Below are positions 36,395-48,142 of a stretch of DNA of 64,000 bases, piece by piece (the first letter of the stretch is position 1; each line of letters starts with the position of its first letter). A program made the position numbers and the translations under genes. Source of the stretch: Azolla caroliniana (lineage: Eukaryota; Plantae; Polypodiophyta); contig JBHGNT010000022.1 of the NCBI GenBank assembly GCA_043228905.1, positions 7,750,001 to 7,814,000 of the forward strand, written 5' to 3'. The notes under the pieces were generated by a model that saw only the letters and a program-made list of their open reading frames with translations, searched no databases and was not told the origin of the DNA.

Positions 36395-39300
36395 TCACTT
36401 GTCCGTTGGTCCTCTCAGACCCTTACCGGCCTCATTCTCTCCGGTTCCCAGCTTGCCGTCTCTGCCGTCATGGTGGTTGTCGTCGGTCCTTTGCTCAAAC
36501 GGGTTCTTAGGCATCGGTCCTCTATATGCCTTTAACCGGAATCCGTTGACCCATTTGCCTAGCACTTCGCCGGCAAGTGTCCCTAACTGGTAGGACCCAT
36601 TATACTCCCATGTTAGCCAATACGGTCCGGTCCATCTAAACCTTAGTTTACCCGGCATCTTGCCCATCCGGGTTTGGAATACTAACACTGGTTTGCCGAT
36701 TGCGAACATTTTTTCGTTACCTTTCCTGTGCCGGTCGACGAATGCTTTCCGTCGCCGTTGCTCCAATTCTAAATGTAGGATTTTGGCCAACCGTTGTTCC
36801 TCGAGCTCACACAGCGCTGTCAACCTTATTGTCTCCGACTCCTTCTCGTTCAGCCGTTCTCGTAGCTGGATCCGTAAGCTAGGTACTTGGAATTCAACCG
36901 GCATGACCGCCTCGAGTCCGAACGCCAACTGGAACGGTGTTGTTCGGATGCTTGTTTTGTATGTCGTCCGGTATGCCCAAAGCGCGCTATGTAGCTTTGT
37001 GTCCCAATCCGTCCGGTTCTCGTTGACGATCTTCCGAAGGATATTCTGGAGCGTCTTGTTTGTTGATTCCGCTAATCCGTTCGCCTGTGGATAGTAAGGT
37101 GTGCTTCGTTTGTGGACCACGGCATAGAAGGTCGTTAGGCTTTCCACTACTTGTCTGAGAAAGTGCCCCCCTTGGTCACTTATCAATTCAATGGGGCATC
37201 CGTAACGGCACCAGATGTACTCATATAGAAACTTTGCCGTTGATGCAGCGGTGTTATCCCGTAAAGCTTTGGCCTCCACCCATTTCGTGCAGTAATCCGT
37301 AGCAACGATAACGTACCGATTACCCGTTCTCATTGCCGGTGGCTTGAACGGTCCTACAAAGTCCAACCCCCACTTTTGGAATGGCTCGAGTGGTAGTATC
37401 GGCTGGTGTGGCATACGAGCCTGCTCCGTTGGCTGGCCCATTCTCTGGTATAGGTCACATTCTTTTGCGTACCGTACCGCATCTCTTAATGTCGTTGGCC
37501 ACCATAGGCCACTTTGCCATATTTTTCTGGCCGTCGCATCTCCGGCATAGTGACCTCCGGCAACTCCGCAGTGGGCTTCCCTCAGTATCAGTTCCTTTTC
37601 ATCGTTGCGCACCGCCCGTCTCCATATGCCGTCCGCACCCTTGTGGTACAGTGTGTCTTGCAGTAAGCAGAAATGTCGGCTTTGCACCGCCAGGCGTTTC
37701 TGTTCGTACCGGTTCAGCTCTTCCGGAGGCAGTCCTGTGCTTAGAAACTGGTGCATATTTGTGAGCCACTTGTCTTCCTGGGCCACTGTCTCATCTGCTG
37801 CCGTCTCCGTAGTGACTCGAAACAGCTCCGCATCCAGAAACTCATCCGGTACTCCGTCACCCGTCTCTCCGGACTCCAATCGGCTTAAGTAATCCGCTAC
37901 GGCATGCTGTATATCGGGTCGGTGGAATATTTCAAACTCAAACTCCTGTAACAATAAGGTCCACCGGGCCAATTTGCCGGTGAGTGACGCCTTGGACACC
38001 AGGTAAAGCAGTGCCGAATGATCTACATGGAAGGAAAACTTCCTTCCCAATAAATAGTGCCGAAACTTTGTCACACTGTAGATCATTCCTAGAGCTTCCC
38101 ATTCTGTAGTAGAGTAGTTCCGTTCTGCTTGGGATAGCTTCGAGCTGGCATAGTACACTGGCCGGTACCACTTTGGTTCCGTAAGCTGCATCAGTACGCT
38201 TCCGATTGCGATGTCGGAGGCGTCCATGAACACGTGAAATTCTTTACTCCAATCCGGAGGTTGTACTATCGGTGCCTGCGACAATAGTACCTTGAGGGCC
38301 TTATACGCCCTATCCTTAGTGTCAGTCCACTGGAATGGTGTCCGATGTACGGCGGCATGCAACGGTATAGCCAGGTCGGCCAAGTATCGGAGCATCCGGC
38401 TATGCCACCGGATCTGGCCTAAGAACCGGCTTAATGCCTTTGCCGTTACCGGCGCCGGTGCTTCTAATATGGCTTTCACTTTGTCCGGGTCGACTGCAAT
38501 ACCTTCCTGGCTCACAATATGTCCTAATAAAGTTCCACTGGACACGCCAAATACACACTTTGCCGGATTCAAGCTTAGCCGGTACGCTCTACACTTTTCT
38601 AGACAAAGATGGAGGTGCTGAAAATGGTCCTCCTCCCGGCTATAGACGGCGAAATCGTCAAGGAAAACCTGCATAAAAGCCGGTATATATTCACCAAAGA
38701 TTTCCATGATGAGTCGTTGAAATGTTGCCGGTGCCATTTTGAGTCCGAACATCATCACCACGGCCACAAAGACCCCCCATTCGGTGACGAATGTCGTTTT
38801 CTCTTGGTCGTCAAGGTGCATCCGGATTTGATTATACCCGCTGAATCCGTCTAAGAAGCTATAGACCTCATGGCCGACGACGGCATCCAACACTCCATCT
38901 GTGAACGGAAGTGGAAACGCATCCATTACCGTAGCCGTATTGAGTTTCCGGTAGTCCACGCAAACTCGAATTTTCCCGTTCTTCTTCGGTACGACTACGA
39001 TCGGGCTCAGCCATGTCGCTTTCTTTACCGGACGGATAAAGCCAACTCTTAGCAGTTTGTCGATTTCTTCTTTGACCTTGGCGGCATAATTGGGATTCAT
39101 CCGGTACCGTCTTTGGGCCACGGGTTTTGCGTCCTTGCTCAAGTGCACTTGATGCTGGTATAACTGAGGGTCGAGTCCTCGCATGTCTTCGTATGACCAG
39201 GCGAATACGTCGCGAAATTCCGTGAGAAGTGTTATCATCGCCGTTTTGTCTCCGGACTTCATCTCCTTGGCGATGTGCACCGGTTTTGCTTTGTCCGTGG

Positions 39301-39859
39301 TGCCTAAATTCACCTCTTCCAGTTGCGATGCTTTTACGCGCTGTGAAACGGCCATTTCCCGTTCCAACGCTTCCTGCGCTTGCCGTAACTCCCGGATTGC
39401 GTCTTTATCCGGTTCTGCTTCCGCCTCTTCCGGTTGCGGTAAGTATGGTGCTACGGCTTCGGCAATGTCAATTTCGAAGAGGGGTATGATCTTCGGGTTT
39501 TCCTGCAGGTATTGAGCTTCTTCTTCATCCGCTAACCCTTCTAGCATGTTGACGCATTCCGCATACAACGGTGTACATTCCTTGCCAGTGCTCGTCCTTG
39601 GCTGTGTTGGTACCCGTACCTTGGCTTTTCCTCGCCGGAAGGTAATTATATTTTTTCGCCAATTCTGTTTGATATGTGCCGTTTTCAACCATGGCCGCCC
39701 CAGCAATAGCGGGTATGCGCCTTGTGCCTGTAATTGTAGCACTACGGCCAAGATGTGAAATGTATGACCGCCGACAGTGACTTCTAATTTCCGTATTAAT
39801 CCTGTCGGCCACACTGAGCTTGATCGGCCATCCGCAACCAGAACGGACACGGCTCCCAC
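36395..39859 (-). CDS. pol: Gypsy E pol: PR C-terminal half, RT, RNase H, integrase (1154-aa open frame)
   Basis: LLGRPWL, FLDGFSGYNQI, FLDDF, DASD, WGLDFVGP, SDQG, PQANGLAE, WTGPY. Confidence 0.95.
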   Translation of the reverse strand: MGAVSVLVADGRSSSVWPTGLIRKLEVTVGGHTFHILAVVLQLQAQGAYPLLLGRPWLKTAHIKQNWRKNIITFRRGKAKVRVPTQPRTSTGKECTPLYAECVNMLEGLADEEEAQYLQENPKIIPLFEIDIAEAVAPYLPQPEEAEAEPDKDAIRELRQAQEALEREMAVSQRVKASQLEEVNLGTTDKAKPVHIAKEMKSGDKTAMITLLTEFRDVFAWSYEDMRGLDPQLYQHQVHLSKDAKPVAQRRYRMNPNYAAKVKEEIDKLLRVGFIRPVKKATWLSPIVVVPKKNGKIRVCVDYRKLNTATVMDAFPLPFTDGVLDAVVGHEVYSFLDGFSGYNQIRMHLDDQEKTTFVTEWGVFVAVVMMFGLKMAPATFQRLIMEIFGEYIPAFMQVFLDDFAVYSREEDHFQHLHLCLEKCRAYRLSLNPAKCVFGVSSGTLLGHIVSQEGIAVDPDKVKAILEAPAPVTAKALSRFLGQIRWHSRMLRYLADLAIPLHAAVHRTPFQWTDTKDRAYKALKVLLSQAPIVQPPDWSKEFHVFMDASDIAIGSVLMQLTEPKWYRPVYYASSKLSQAERNYSTTEWEALGMIYSVTKFRHYLLGRKFSFHVDHSALLYLVSKASLTGKLARWTLLLQEFEFEIFHRPDIQHAVADYLSRLESGETGDGVPDEFLDAELFRVTTETAADETVAQEDKWLTNMHQFLSTGLPPEELNRYEQKRLAVQSRHFCLLQDTLYHKGADGIWRRAVRNDEKELILREAHCGVAGGHYAGDATARKIWQSGLWWPTTLRDAVRYAKECDLYQRMGQPTEQARMPHQPILPLEPFQKWGLDFVGPFKPPAMRTGNRYVIVATDYCTKWVEAKALRDNTAASTAKFLYEYIWCRYGCPIELISDQGGHFLRQVVESLTTFYAVVHKRSTPYYPQANGLAESTNKTLQNILRKIVNENRTDWDTKLHSALWAYRTTYKTSIRTTPFQLAFGLEAVMPVEFQVPSLRIQLRERLNEKESETIRLTALCELEEQRLAKILHLELEQRRRKAFVDRHRKGNEKMFAIGKPVLVFQTRMGKMPGKLRFRWTGPYWLTWEYNGSYQLGTLAGEVLGKWVNGFRLKAYRGPMPKNPFEQRTDDNHHDGRDGKLGTGENEAGKGLRGPTDK

Positions 39860-42200
39860 TCGTGGATTCCTAGGTCATCACACGTCCGGAGGCTTATTAC
39901 ATTTACCCCAGAGCCTCCGTCTATAACTGTGCCGGGGAGTTCTTTCCCTTTTACAATGGCAGTGATTACCGGACTACTGGTGTCTACCACTGTTGGTCCC
40001 TCCTCTGGATTCGAGAAGAGTACCGGTGCCGGTGATGGTTCTCCTGCCGTCATGGCCGTCTTCAGTCCTTCCGTGAATCTTGGCACGAGTTGTAGGAGTC
40101 TTCCTAGTGGTAACGTAATCTGGCATTCTTGCAACGCCTGCCATGTCTCGTTCTCGGAGTGACTGCCGCTGGCAAGCCCTGCGGAGTTCTCCTTTTGATG
40201 TTGTAAGTCTGTGACATTCTGCTCGTTTGCTTTCTTTACCCATTCCGTTGCTTGTTTCCGGATGGTCTCCTGTGTCTCCCATTCTTTGGCCATGCCCTTC
40301 GACCTTGTGGTCACCTGCTGTAGGTCTGCCACCTCAGGGACTACCATATTTACCGCCGGTCGTTTTTCATAGCTCTTCACCGGGCATTGGTTACTATAAT
40401 GGCCTTCCTGTCGGCAGTAGTAGCAGTAGGCCTTCCGGGTATTGCTAGATTCGGCATTGTCTGTTGTACCCAGGGCAGGTCCTACGGCACGTGCGGGGTT
40501 TTGTGCCAGTTGGCTACTTGGAGCTCCTTGTTCCGGATCCCGGGGGTAACCGCCTTTTTAAAAATGCCGTTTTTTGTTATAGCTCTTCTTATTACGGTAC
40601 TCTTTCAGACGGGGTTGCCCGTTATATCTGCCGTATTCCTCTCGTTGCTGACGATACCCGGGGGAGTGCTCCCGGTCGTAATGTTCGTATCGTCTATTGT
40701 AATCCTGGTACCGATCATGCCGGTCATAGTTATCCCGCCGATCACCGTACCGGACATCATTTTCCCGTCGATCGCCATACCGGACATCATTTTCCCGTCG
40801 CTCGCCATACCGGACATCCTGTGCCGGTCGGTCACGGTCCATTCGCCGCCATCGTTCGTCTTCTTCATCCCGGTTGCTGCGTGGCTCAATTTGTCGGACG
40901 GGCGGTGCTTGCCGATTCAACAGATTATACTCGCACCTATCCGTCTTATGGCTCTTGGATTGACAGATTACACATTGCGTCCTCATAGTGCATTCTAGAG
41001 CCGAGTGTCCGGAATTCAAGCAGGTTGTCCACTGTATTGCTTGTCGAAACCGGAGGTCTTCATCGGACGGTAACGCCTGTTGAAGTGCTCCCAGTGTGAG
41101 CCAGGAGCTTGTCTTTTCCATCTCTCTCACCCGGTCAATGACCTGGTCGATGGTACTTGTGCGGAAGTCGATTACCGTGCAAACCGTGCGTAGGGGTTCC
41201 CGGAGCGCGTTTAGGAATACCGTCCGTAATTCCTCTTCTTGAGGTGCACGGGCAAGCTGACTATGCATCCGTTGAAACCGGATGACAAATTGGGGAATGC
41301 TCTCCCCTGCCTCTTGCCGGATGGTATAAAATAAGCCTACCATTACGGTCTGGTCCACCTCCTTTTGAAAAAAATGCAAGAATTTAGCTTTTAAATTTGC
41401 AAAGGTGTTGATGGTAGACGGGTCCTGCGTCCGGCGCCATCTTGCTGCCAGTCCCTCCAATGTGATGCCAAACTCCGTTATCTTAGAGCGTTCTTCTTCC
41501 TCCGGTGTCAATCGTTGGGACACATGGTTGGCTTCCCATGTCTGTTCAAAGGCGTGCACATGAGCTTCCGCGTCCGGATCATCTCTATACTTGGAGTACT
41601 AGAACGGCATGTCGTCGTCCGGTATCGGTGCGCGGGTTGGTAGTGTTGGTGCTCGTTCCGGAATTTTCTCCGGTGTCGGTGGTCTTTCCCGATTTGATTC
41701 CGGTGTCGTTTGTTTCTCTTCCTTTGGTGATGGAGGCCTCTCCTCTTCGACTTCCGGTGTCAGAGGTCGTTCTTCCTCTACTGTTCCGGGGGTTCCAGCG
41801 TTAGCACTTCCGGTTCCGGTTACGGTGTCGGTAAGGTATCCGATCCTTCTTCCTCCGGTCCGCCCGGGGTTTCGTTGCTCCTACGGTAGTTCGTGTGCAT
41901 GCTGTATTCCCCTTCGGAGTCCGATTCATATGCTGAAAAGGCCTCTGCTTCGCCTTCTCCGTTTGCCAACGCGTGGAGAAGGGATTCGGTTTCCCAGAGG
42001 TTGCTTAGGCTGTTGCCGTCGTCCGGGTGCGATGTTTGCTGTAACCAGAGGGAGTCCTCCGCTACTCTCCGGATTACGTTGGAAAACGAGCGATCCGCTC
42101 TAATTTCCTACGCCGCTTGTTGGAAAGCCTCGCGTCTCCTTTGCCTTTTGGCAAGGCGTCAAGTTCGATCTGTAACCAGGTCGTGCGTTGATCTAGACAT
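39796..42200 (-). pseudogene. gag: Gypsy E gag and protease N-terminal half, frameshifted
   Basis: ORFs 40558-41559 (RQEAGESIPQFVIRF) and 39796-40380 (IDGGSGVN); CCHC knuckles; 30-bp DVRYGDRREN repeats. Confidence 0.85.
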
Positions 42201-42236
42201 CCATCCGTGCCGTCGTTCGCTGCAAAAACAGGAATC

Positions 42237-42246
42237 GTGGTCGCCA
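42237..42246 (-). promoter_or_regulatory. PBS of gypsy E, tRNA-Arg-like
   Basis: Minus strand: LTR end ...gttaACA, tagtttt, TGGCGACCAC. Confidence 0.7.
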
Positions 42247-42870
42247 AAAACTATGTTAACTCTTCGGGACGGACAATGGCCTAACACAGGGTGTCTACGG
42301 GAGACACTTCACCGAAGGGTGTTACGGCCGTAGGATTAGACTTCAACGCTTAATCCTACTTGGTTAAGTTACTTATTATGATCGTCTTTCATAACACACG
42401 CGTAAGATATAACAATTAAGACAGAACGGCAATTAACATAGAAAGATAACAACACTTAAGCTTTCATTAATTAACCGCTAACTATTACATTGTATCCGGG
42501 CCTTTAAATAGGTTTCCCGTCTGTATTACAAAACGGTGCCATCCGCACCTGTTCGGGATCGGTCCGGATCCGGAACGGCATACCGTTTCCGGTCCGTCCG
42601 TCCACACTCATAGCGTAATTACAACCACATTCCTACTACTTAATTAGCTCTCCGTTTCCCACTCTGGACTCCTTTGCCGGCCGGTAACAGACACTTACTC
42701 CCAAAACTATTCCTTACGAAGAATATCTCTCTAACAGCCTTTCGGTTTATGCACCGATACGGCCTCTTGTTACGCACCGGTTTGTGTATCCGTTTTACGC
42801 ACCGGTCCGGCCTAACCAATCAGTCCCAACCGATCCGGTCCTCGGCTTGCTCAGCTGATCGGCTTGTCTC

Positions 42871-45800
42871 TCAACACTCCTCCTCAAGCTCAACTTGAGG
42901 CTCTTCGGGATCTTCCAGATCACCGCTCCGGTTCCTCCTAGTTCCACGCCTTGCTCGCGCTCCTCGGCCTATTCGGCTCCGCGCGCTTCGACCCTTCCGG
43001 TTGGCTTGTCTGCTCCCACGGCCCTTCACAGCTCCCTTGTTGTCGCAGTGTTGGCGCTTCTCCTCCTGCCTTCTTTTCCGCTTGGCCCTCGGTTGATTCA
43101 GTGTATCTGAATCAAACATTTGAACCGACTCGGCTACCTCCGGTCGGTTTTCGCTCTCGTCCGAGTTGGCTGTCTCCAACTCATCTTCGGTCTTCTCGCC
43201 CTTGACGGTGTCATCTCCCCCATGCTTGGTTCACTTCGGGTCTTTCTTTCGGCTGCTCCCCTTATGTCTGCTTTTGGACTCTTTCATGGATCCACCCTCG
43301 GTTTCTTCAGCCGATCCGAAGTCGAATTTGTCATCCGACCCGGCGTCACGGTCTTTTCCGCTCCTTTCTTGCCCCCTTCCGTGGTCATCTGGGACGTCTC
43401 TCCCCCTCAAGTTCAGCACGTCGAGGTGACGCAACCCAAGCGCACCCGAGAATTGCCACAACTTGTCCAGACCAAGAGGCTTTGTGAAAATATCGGCGTG
43501 CTGCCGATCCGTCGGAACATACTAATGTTCGACTTCACTAGAAAGGACACGCTCACGGACAAAATGGTAGTGCACCTCAATGTGCTTGGTCCGTGCGTGG
43601 AAAACAGGGTTCTTCGTGGGCTGGATGTTGCTGAGGTTGTCCCAGTAGATCGGCGTTGGATTGGACACCTCCTCTTGCAGGTCCCTAAGTAGCCGCTTCA
43701 ACCACATGGCTTCGCATGTTACGATAGCCGCTCCTCAGTACTCAGCTTTGCTGCTCGACAATGCAACTGTCAACTGCTTCTTGCTACTCCACGCTGTCGC
43801 GTTGTTATGCGCGTGCGTGTAGAAGGAGCGGGACCGCGGGGGTCCTGGACTAGGGAGTGGAGGAGAAAGAATAGGACATGATATGGAGGCTTAGCTCAAG
43901 AGGAGAAGAGGAAAGAATAAGACCACGACATCGAAGGAGGGATCGGCGGAGGCAAGATGCTCAACAAGTTATATTAAAACAACGAATGGTTACAACAATG
44001 GTGGCCGCCATGGCCGCACCAAAATGACTATCCGAAAACCCTAAAGGGAAACCCAAGAAGAAAACCCTAACCGAAACCCTAACCCTAAAACGAAATGGGA
44101 AGAGGGAGAACCCTAGACTAAGTGGTATACCTTACTCGCACAAAATAGGCAACCCCTTCATAAGTGACCCCTCCCTTCCTTTTATAGCTCAAGGAGGGAG
44201 GGACCTTACAATGTGGGACAAAATTTCTCCTCTCTTTCTATACACCATATCCTAGTATACATGTGCACATGTTGCACACCACCGACTTGCCCCTTCCACC
44301 CCGGTTTCCGCCTATGGACGAAAATCTTCACGACAACGCGATCGCAGCACTCCCAAGACACAACGCGTATCCGTACGTGGATCAGCGATCGGCGGCGTTG
44401 CCAGCCCAATCAGCATCGGTGTCGCCGACCAATTGTAGGGTTGTACCGGTCCGATATAGCAGTCCCCTGTCCTTAGTGCCGCTTACGTACCGCAGTACGC
44501 GTTGCGCACACTGAAGGTGCTCCTCGGTAGGTCGCGCCATGAACTGACTGACCACCCCCACTAGATAACTGAGATCGGGTCGGGTGATTGTGAAGTAGAT
44601 AAGGCTTCCGACAATTTGTCGGAACCTCGTCGGGCCACATACCTTGCTGGAATTGGGGCGAAACTTGACGGTTCTATCCAGAGGAGTCGAGATAGACTTA
44701 CAGTCTGCCACCCCGAATTTGAAGAGCATATTCAGCGCATAATGACGTTGGCTGATTAGTATGCTCGGGGGTGCAGATCACTTCGATCCCGAGGAAGTAA
44801 TGAAGATCCCCCAAATCCTTCATGTTGAACGATGCCGCAACCTAGAGCTTCACGCGGTCGATTTCACCTAGGTCGGCGCCGGTGATGACCAAGTCATCAA
44901 CATATAGTAAAATACTAACCGGACCGAGTCGACCTTTCCGGATGAACAAGGAAGAGTCCGATTTTGACGTTGGAAAGCCCATCTAACGCAGTTGCTGCGT
45001 GATCTTCGTGTTCCAGGCACGTGGGGCTTGCTTCAGTCCATAAAGGGACTTCTTCAATCGGCACATTGTCGACATGTTCGTTCCGGAGTGAAATCCGGGG
45101 GGTTGTACCATGTACACATGTTCCTCAAGCTCACCTTGCAGGAACGCATTCTTTACATCCATCTAATGTAAGTGCCACCCCTTTGCCATAGCTACCGCGA
45201 GCAAAACACGGACGATCGTCATCTTCGCGACCGGCACAAACGTCTCATCGTAGTCGATGCCGTGTTTTTGCGCGTAGCCTTTTGCCACTAACCGAGCCTT
45301 GCATCGGTTAACCAAGCTGTCAGTGTTGTACTTGACTTTGTACACCCACCTACATCCGATCGGCTTCACACCCTTCGGTGCGTCAACCAGGTCCCAGGTC
45401 TCATTTTCCGCCAATGCGTGCATCTCTTCCTCCATCGCTTCTGCTCATTCGAGTAGCCGACCAAGATACATTTTTCAGCCTTTGCATCCAACTTCCTCCG
45501 TTTCTCCTTCGGCACATGCACATACGCAATGCTACCGAAAACTCGTAAGTGTCACAAGTTCGGCTTCCTTCCGAAATACAGCTCGTGCGCCGACACTTTG
45601 TCTCCGATCTAGTTCTGGATGTATACTGCGGTCCTTACCACCTCAGCCCAATAGAACTTGGGCAAGCTCTTTTCTTCTAGCATTGCCCGTGCCGCTTCCA
45701 CAACTGACCGATTTTTCCTCTCGGCCACACCGTTTTGCTCCGGCGTGTATCTACAACTGAATTCGCCCCGAATTCCCATCTATTGTAGATAGCCGTTGAA

Positions 45801-47624
45801 TTGACTGGAAAAGTATTCTTTTCCGCCATCCAACCGTAGGCACTTGATCTTTCTTCCTGTTTCCGTTTCCACGAACCCTTTGAGGTTCCGGAAATAGTCG
45901 AAGACTTCGCTCTTCCTCTCAATGAGGTAGATCCATGTGTGCCACGTGTAGTCGTCGATGAAGGAGACGAAATATCAGCTCCCGCCAAGACTAACGTTTT
46001 GTGCCGGCCCCCACACATCGGAGTGTATCAAGTCGAGCTTGTTCTGGCTCCGGTTACGCTCGTTGGGGAAGGGAAGTCGGTGTTGCTTCCCAAGCTGGAA
46101 GGCTTCACAAATTTGTGCCTTCCGGCCACTAAATTTGGGCAATCCGAACACCACTTGTTTCGATTGCAAGTCTTGACGCCGCTGGTAGTTGACGTGGCCT
46201 ATCCACTTATGCCATAAGTCGATGTCCGACTCAACTTTTTGTCCCTTCGCGAACATTGCAGTGCCACCGTCAGTAGAGTCAAGGATGAACATCCTCCCAT
46301 CTATGCGCCCTTGCGCAATAACATGGCCTTCTTCCTCAATGAAGCACCCGAGGTGTGTAAACCGAACTTGCATCCCCTGGTCGACGATCTGCCCGACCAA
46401 CACCAAATTCTTCGTGATTGTCGGGACGTGTAACACGTTCATAAGTTTCCCTTTCTGCCCAAAATGGCTCAAGAGAACTTCACCAACATTCATGATCGGA
46501 TGCGGAGTGTCGTCTCCGGTTGCGACTACTCCTGGTTGCGTCGATTTCTCAAGGTATGAGAACCACTCCTCGTGGCACGTCATGTGGTTTGACACGCCGG
46601 AGTTGACGTACCACACCTCCTCCGACTTCGGGGCGATCTTCTTCATTGATTTTGCTTCGTGTCTCATCATGAAGACTGACCCTTTTCCGGCTTCTCCGAA
46701 TCCTTCGGCGTAGTGCGATCGTTGCCGATTTCCTTTGTTGGTCTATCTGGAACCTCTTTCGGACCTGGTTCTCTCCGAATCGGTGCGCTTTTTCCAGCAC
46801 TCACTCTCCCTGTGGCCTTTCTTGCCACAGTACCAGCATTCCGCAGTGGATTTCCCTTGCCGGTTCTCGTCGCCTCGACTCCCCCTGTTTCCGGAGGGTC
46901 CGGAATTGCTGTCGGCATCACTCCGGTGCCTTCTTCCTTGATTTTGTCAGCCGCCTCCATTGCGTACCGACTCGCCTCATCCACCATGACCACGGGGCCT
47001 ATCTCCCTCTGTGTATAGCATCTTGCTGTTGGCATGCGTGCTTGTCGACACACCCGCGTGGTTCTCCTCTATAAGGAGCATCGACTGTAAGTCGAAAAAC
47101 AACGACGTATTCTCCCGTGTACACACAACAGTTCAGAACGCTCCGAACATTGACGCCAAACCCCCGAGACAGACCTGGACCATCTCGCTTTCCTCGGTGT
47201 TCACATCGATGGAAGCTAAGGAGTCGCATATGTCCTTGATCTTCGAGGTATAGTCAGCCACCGACAAATCGCATTGTCGTAGGTTGCTCAACTTCTATCG
47301 GAGTTGAAGCTTCCTGGCTATGGTGCTTGCGGCGAAGATCTTCTTCAGATTTTCCCACGCACCCTTCGGCTTTTTTGCATCCCGAACGTAGCTTAATAGT
47401 TGTTCGCCCACACAAGACGCGAAATAGTACAACACTGTGGTCGCCGATTGTTCCCACGCCGGGAAGTCTTTGTGTGTCGAATTGGGTGTTGTGTCATTTG
47501 CTCCATTGACATAGCTCCAGTAACCGTGCCGAAGCAGGTACTGGTGCATCTTGTAGGACCAAGATGCGTAGTTGGTTCTGTCGAGCTTCTTCGTCAGAAG
47601 CGAGCTAGCCATTCCTTTGTCCAT
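42871..47624 (-). pseudogene. pol: copia D gag-pol remnants
   Basis: ORFs 47295-47624, 45975-46670, 45163-45435, 44382-44729, 43522-43707, 42871-43179 are collinear with 25602-30651. Confidence 0.9.
43795..44335 (-). mobile_element. Solo LTR of the gypsy A lineage, inserted in the RNase H of copia D
   Basis: TGTCGCG...CACGACA; 4-bp TSD acgc; removal restores GSAAIAWSSK. Confidence 0.88.
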
Positions 47625-48142
47625 CGGTTTTCTTGTTCTTCTTTGTTGGTTTTTCCTTCAAGCAAAGTTGACTGCAGAGGTTGTCAACCCTCGCACTCTG
47701 ATACCATGAAAAGAATGGCGTGCGGAAGCAATATAGGAAACCGCACAACAGAAAACGCAGGTTTAATTCAAAGCTTAGGTTTGCATATTATGCACGGGTG
47801 AGATAGAGAGAGAGAGAGAGTAAAAACAGAACTATATTCAAACTAATACTCAATCTATACATACATTGTGCTCAGTGAGCATCTTTTATACAAGCCCTGA
47901 CAATGGGCTAACACAAGTACTGACAGTACTTGACTGCTCATAAATGAGCCTCGACACTTACTCCCAAAACTATTCCTTACAAGTAATATCTCTCTAATGG
48001 CCTTTCGGTTTACACACTGATACAGCCTCTCGTTACGCACTGGTTTGCGTATCCGTTTTACGCACTGGTCCGGCCTAACCGATCCAGTCCTCGGCTTGCT
48101 CAGCCGATCTGGCCGATGTTGAGCTCGTCTCTCAACAGTTAC

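Larger units (their letters stand above)
34766..42689 (-). mobile_element. Gypsy E, full-length non-chromovirus with an extra 3' ORF
   Basis: 436-bp LTRs 34766-35201 and 42254-42689, about a dozen differences by eye; perfect TSD gacac; inserted in the 3' LTR of copia D. Confidence 0.95.
34521..48137 (-). mobile_element. Copia D, same family as 25101-31008
   Basis: 5' LTR 47707-48137; PBS 47695-47706; 3' LTR 34521-34765 plus 42695-42876; PPT at 42877; TSD gttat/gttac; internal deletion near 45445; ends PQVELEEEC. Confidence 0.92.

Noticed and set aside
39796-39859. Programmed ribosomal frameshift in gypsy E
   Set aside because: The break falls inside the protease, no slippery heptamer is visible, and sister F reads through this point; a single-base indel is more likely.
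34766-42689. Gypsy E oriented on the plus strand, with the 35204 motif as its true PBS and an inverted interior
   Set aside because: The LTR TATA and poly(A)-like motifs, all ORFs and a second PBS agree with the minus strand, and there is no plus-strand PPT before 42254. Not fully excluded without other copies.
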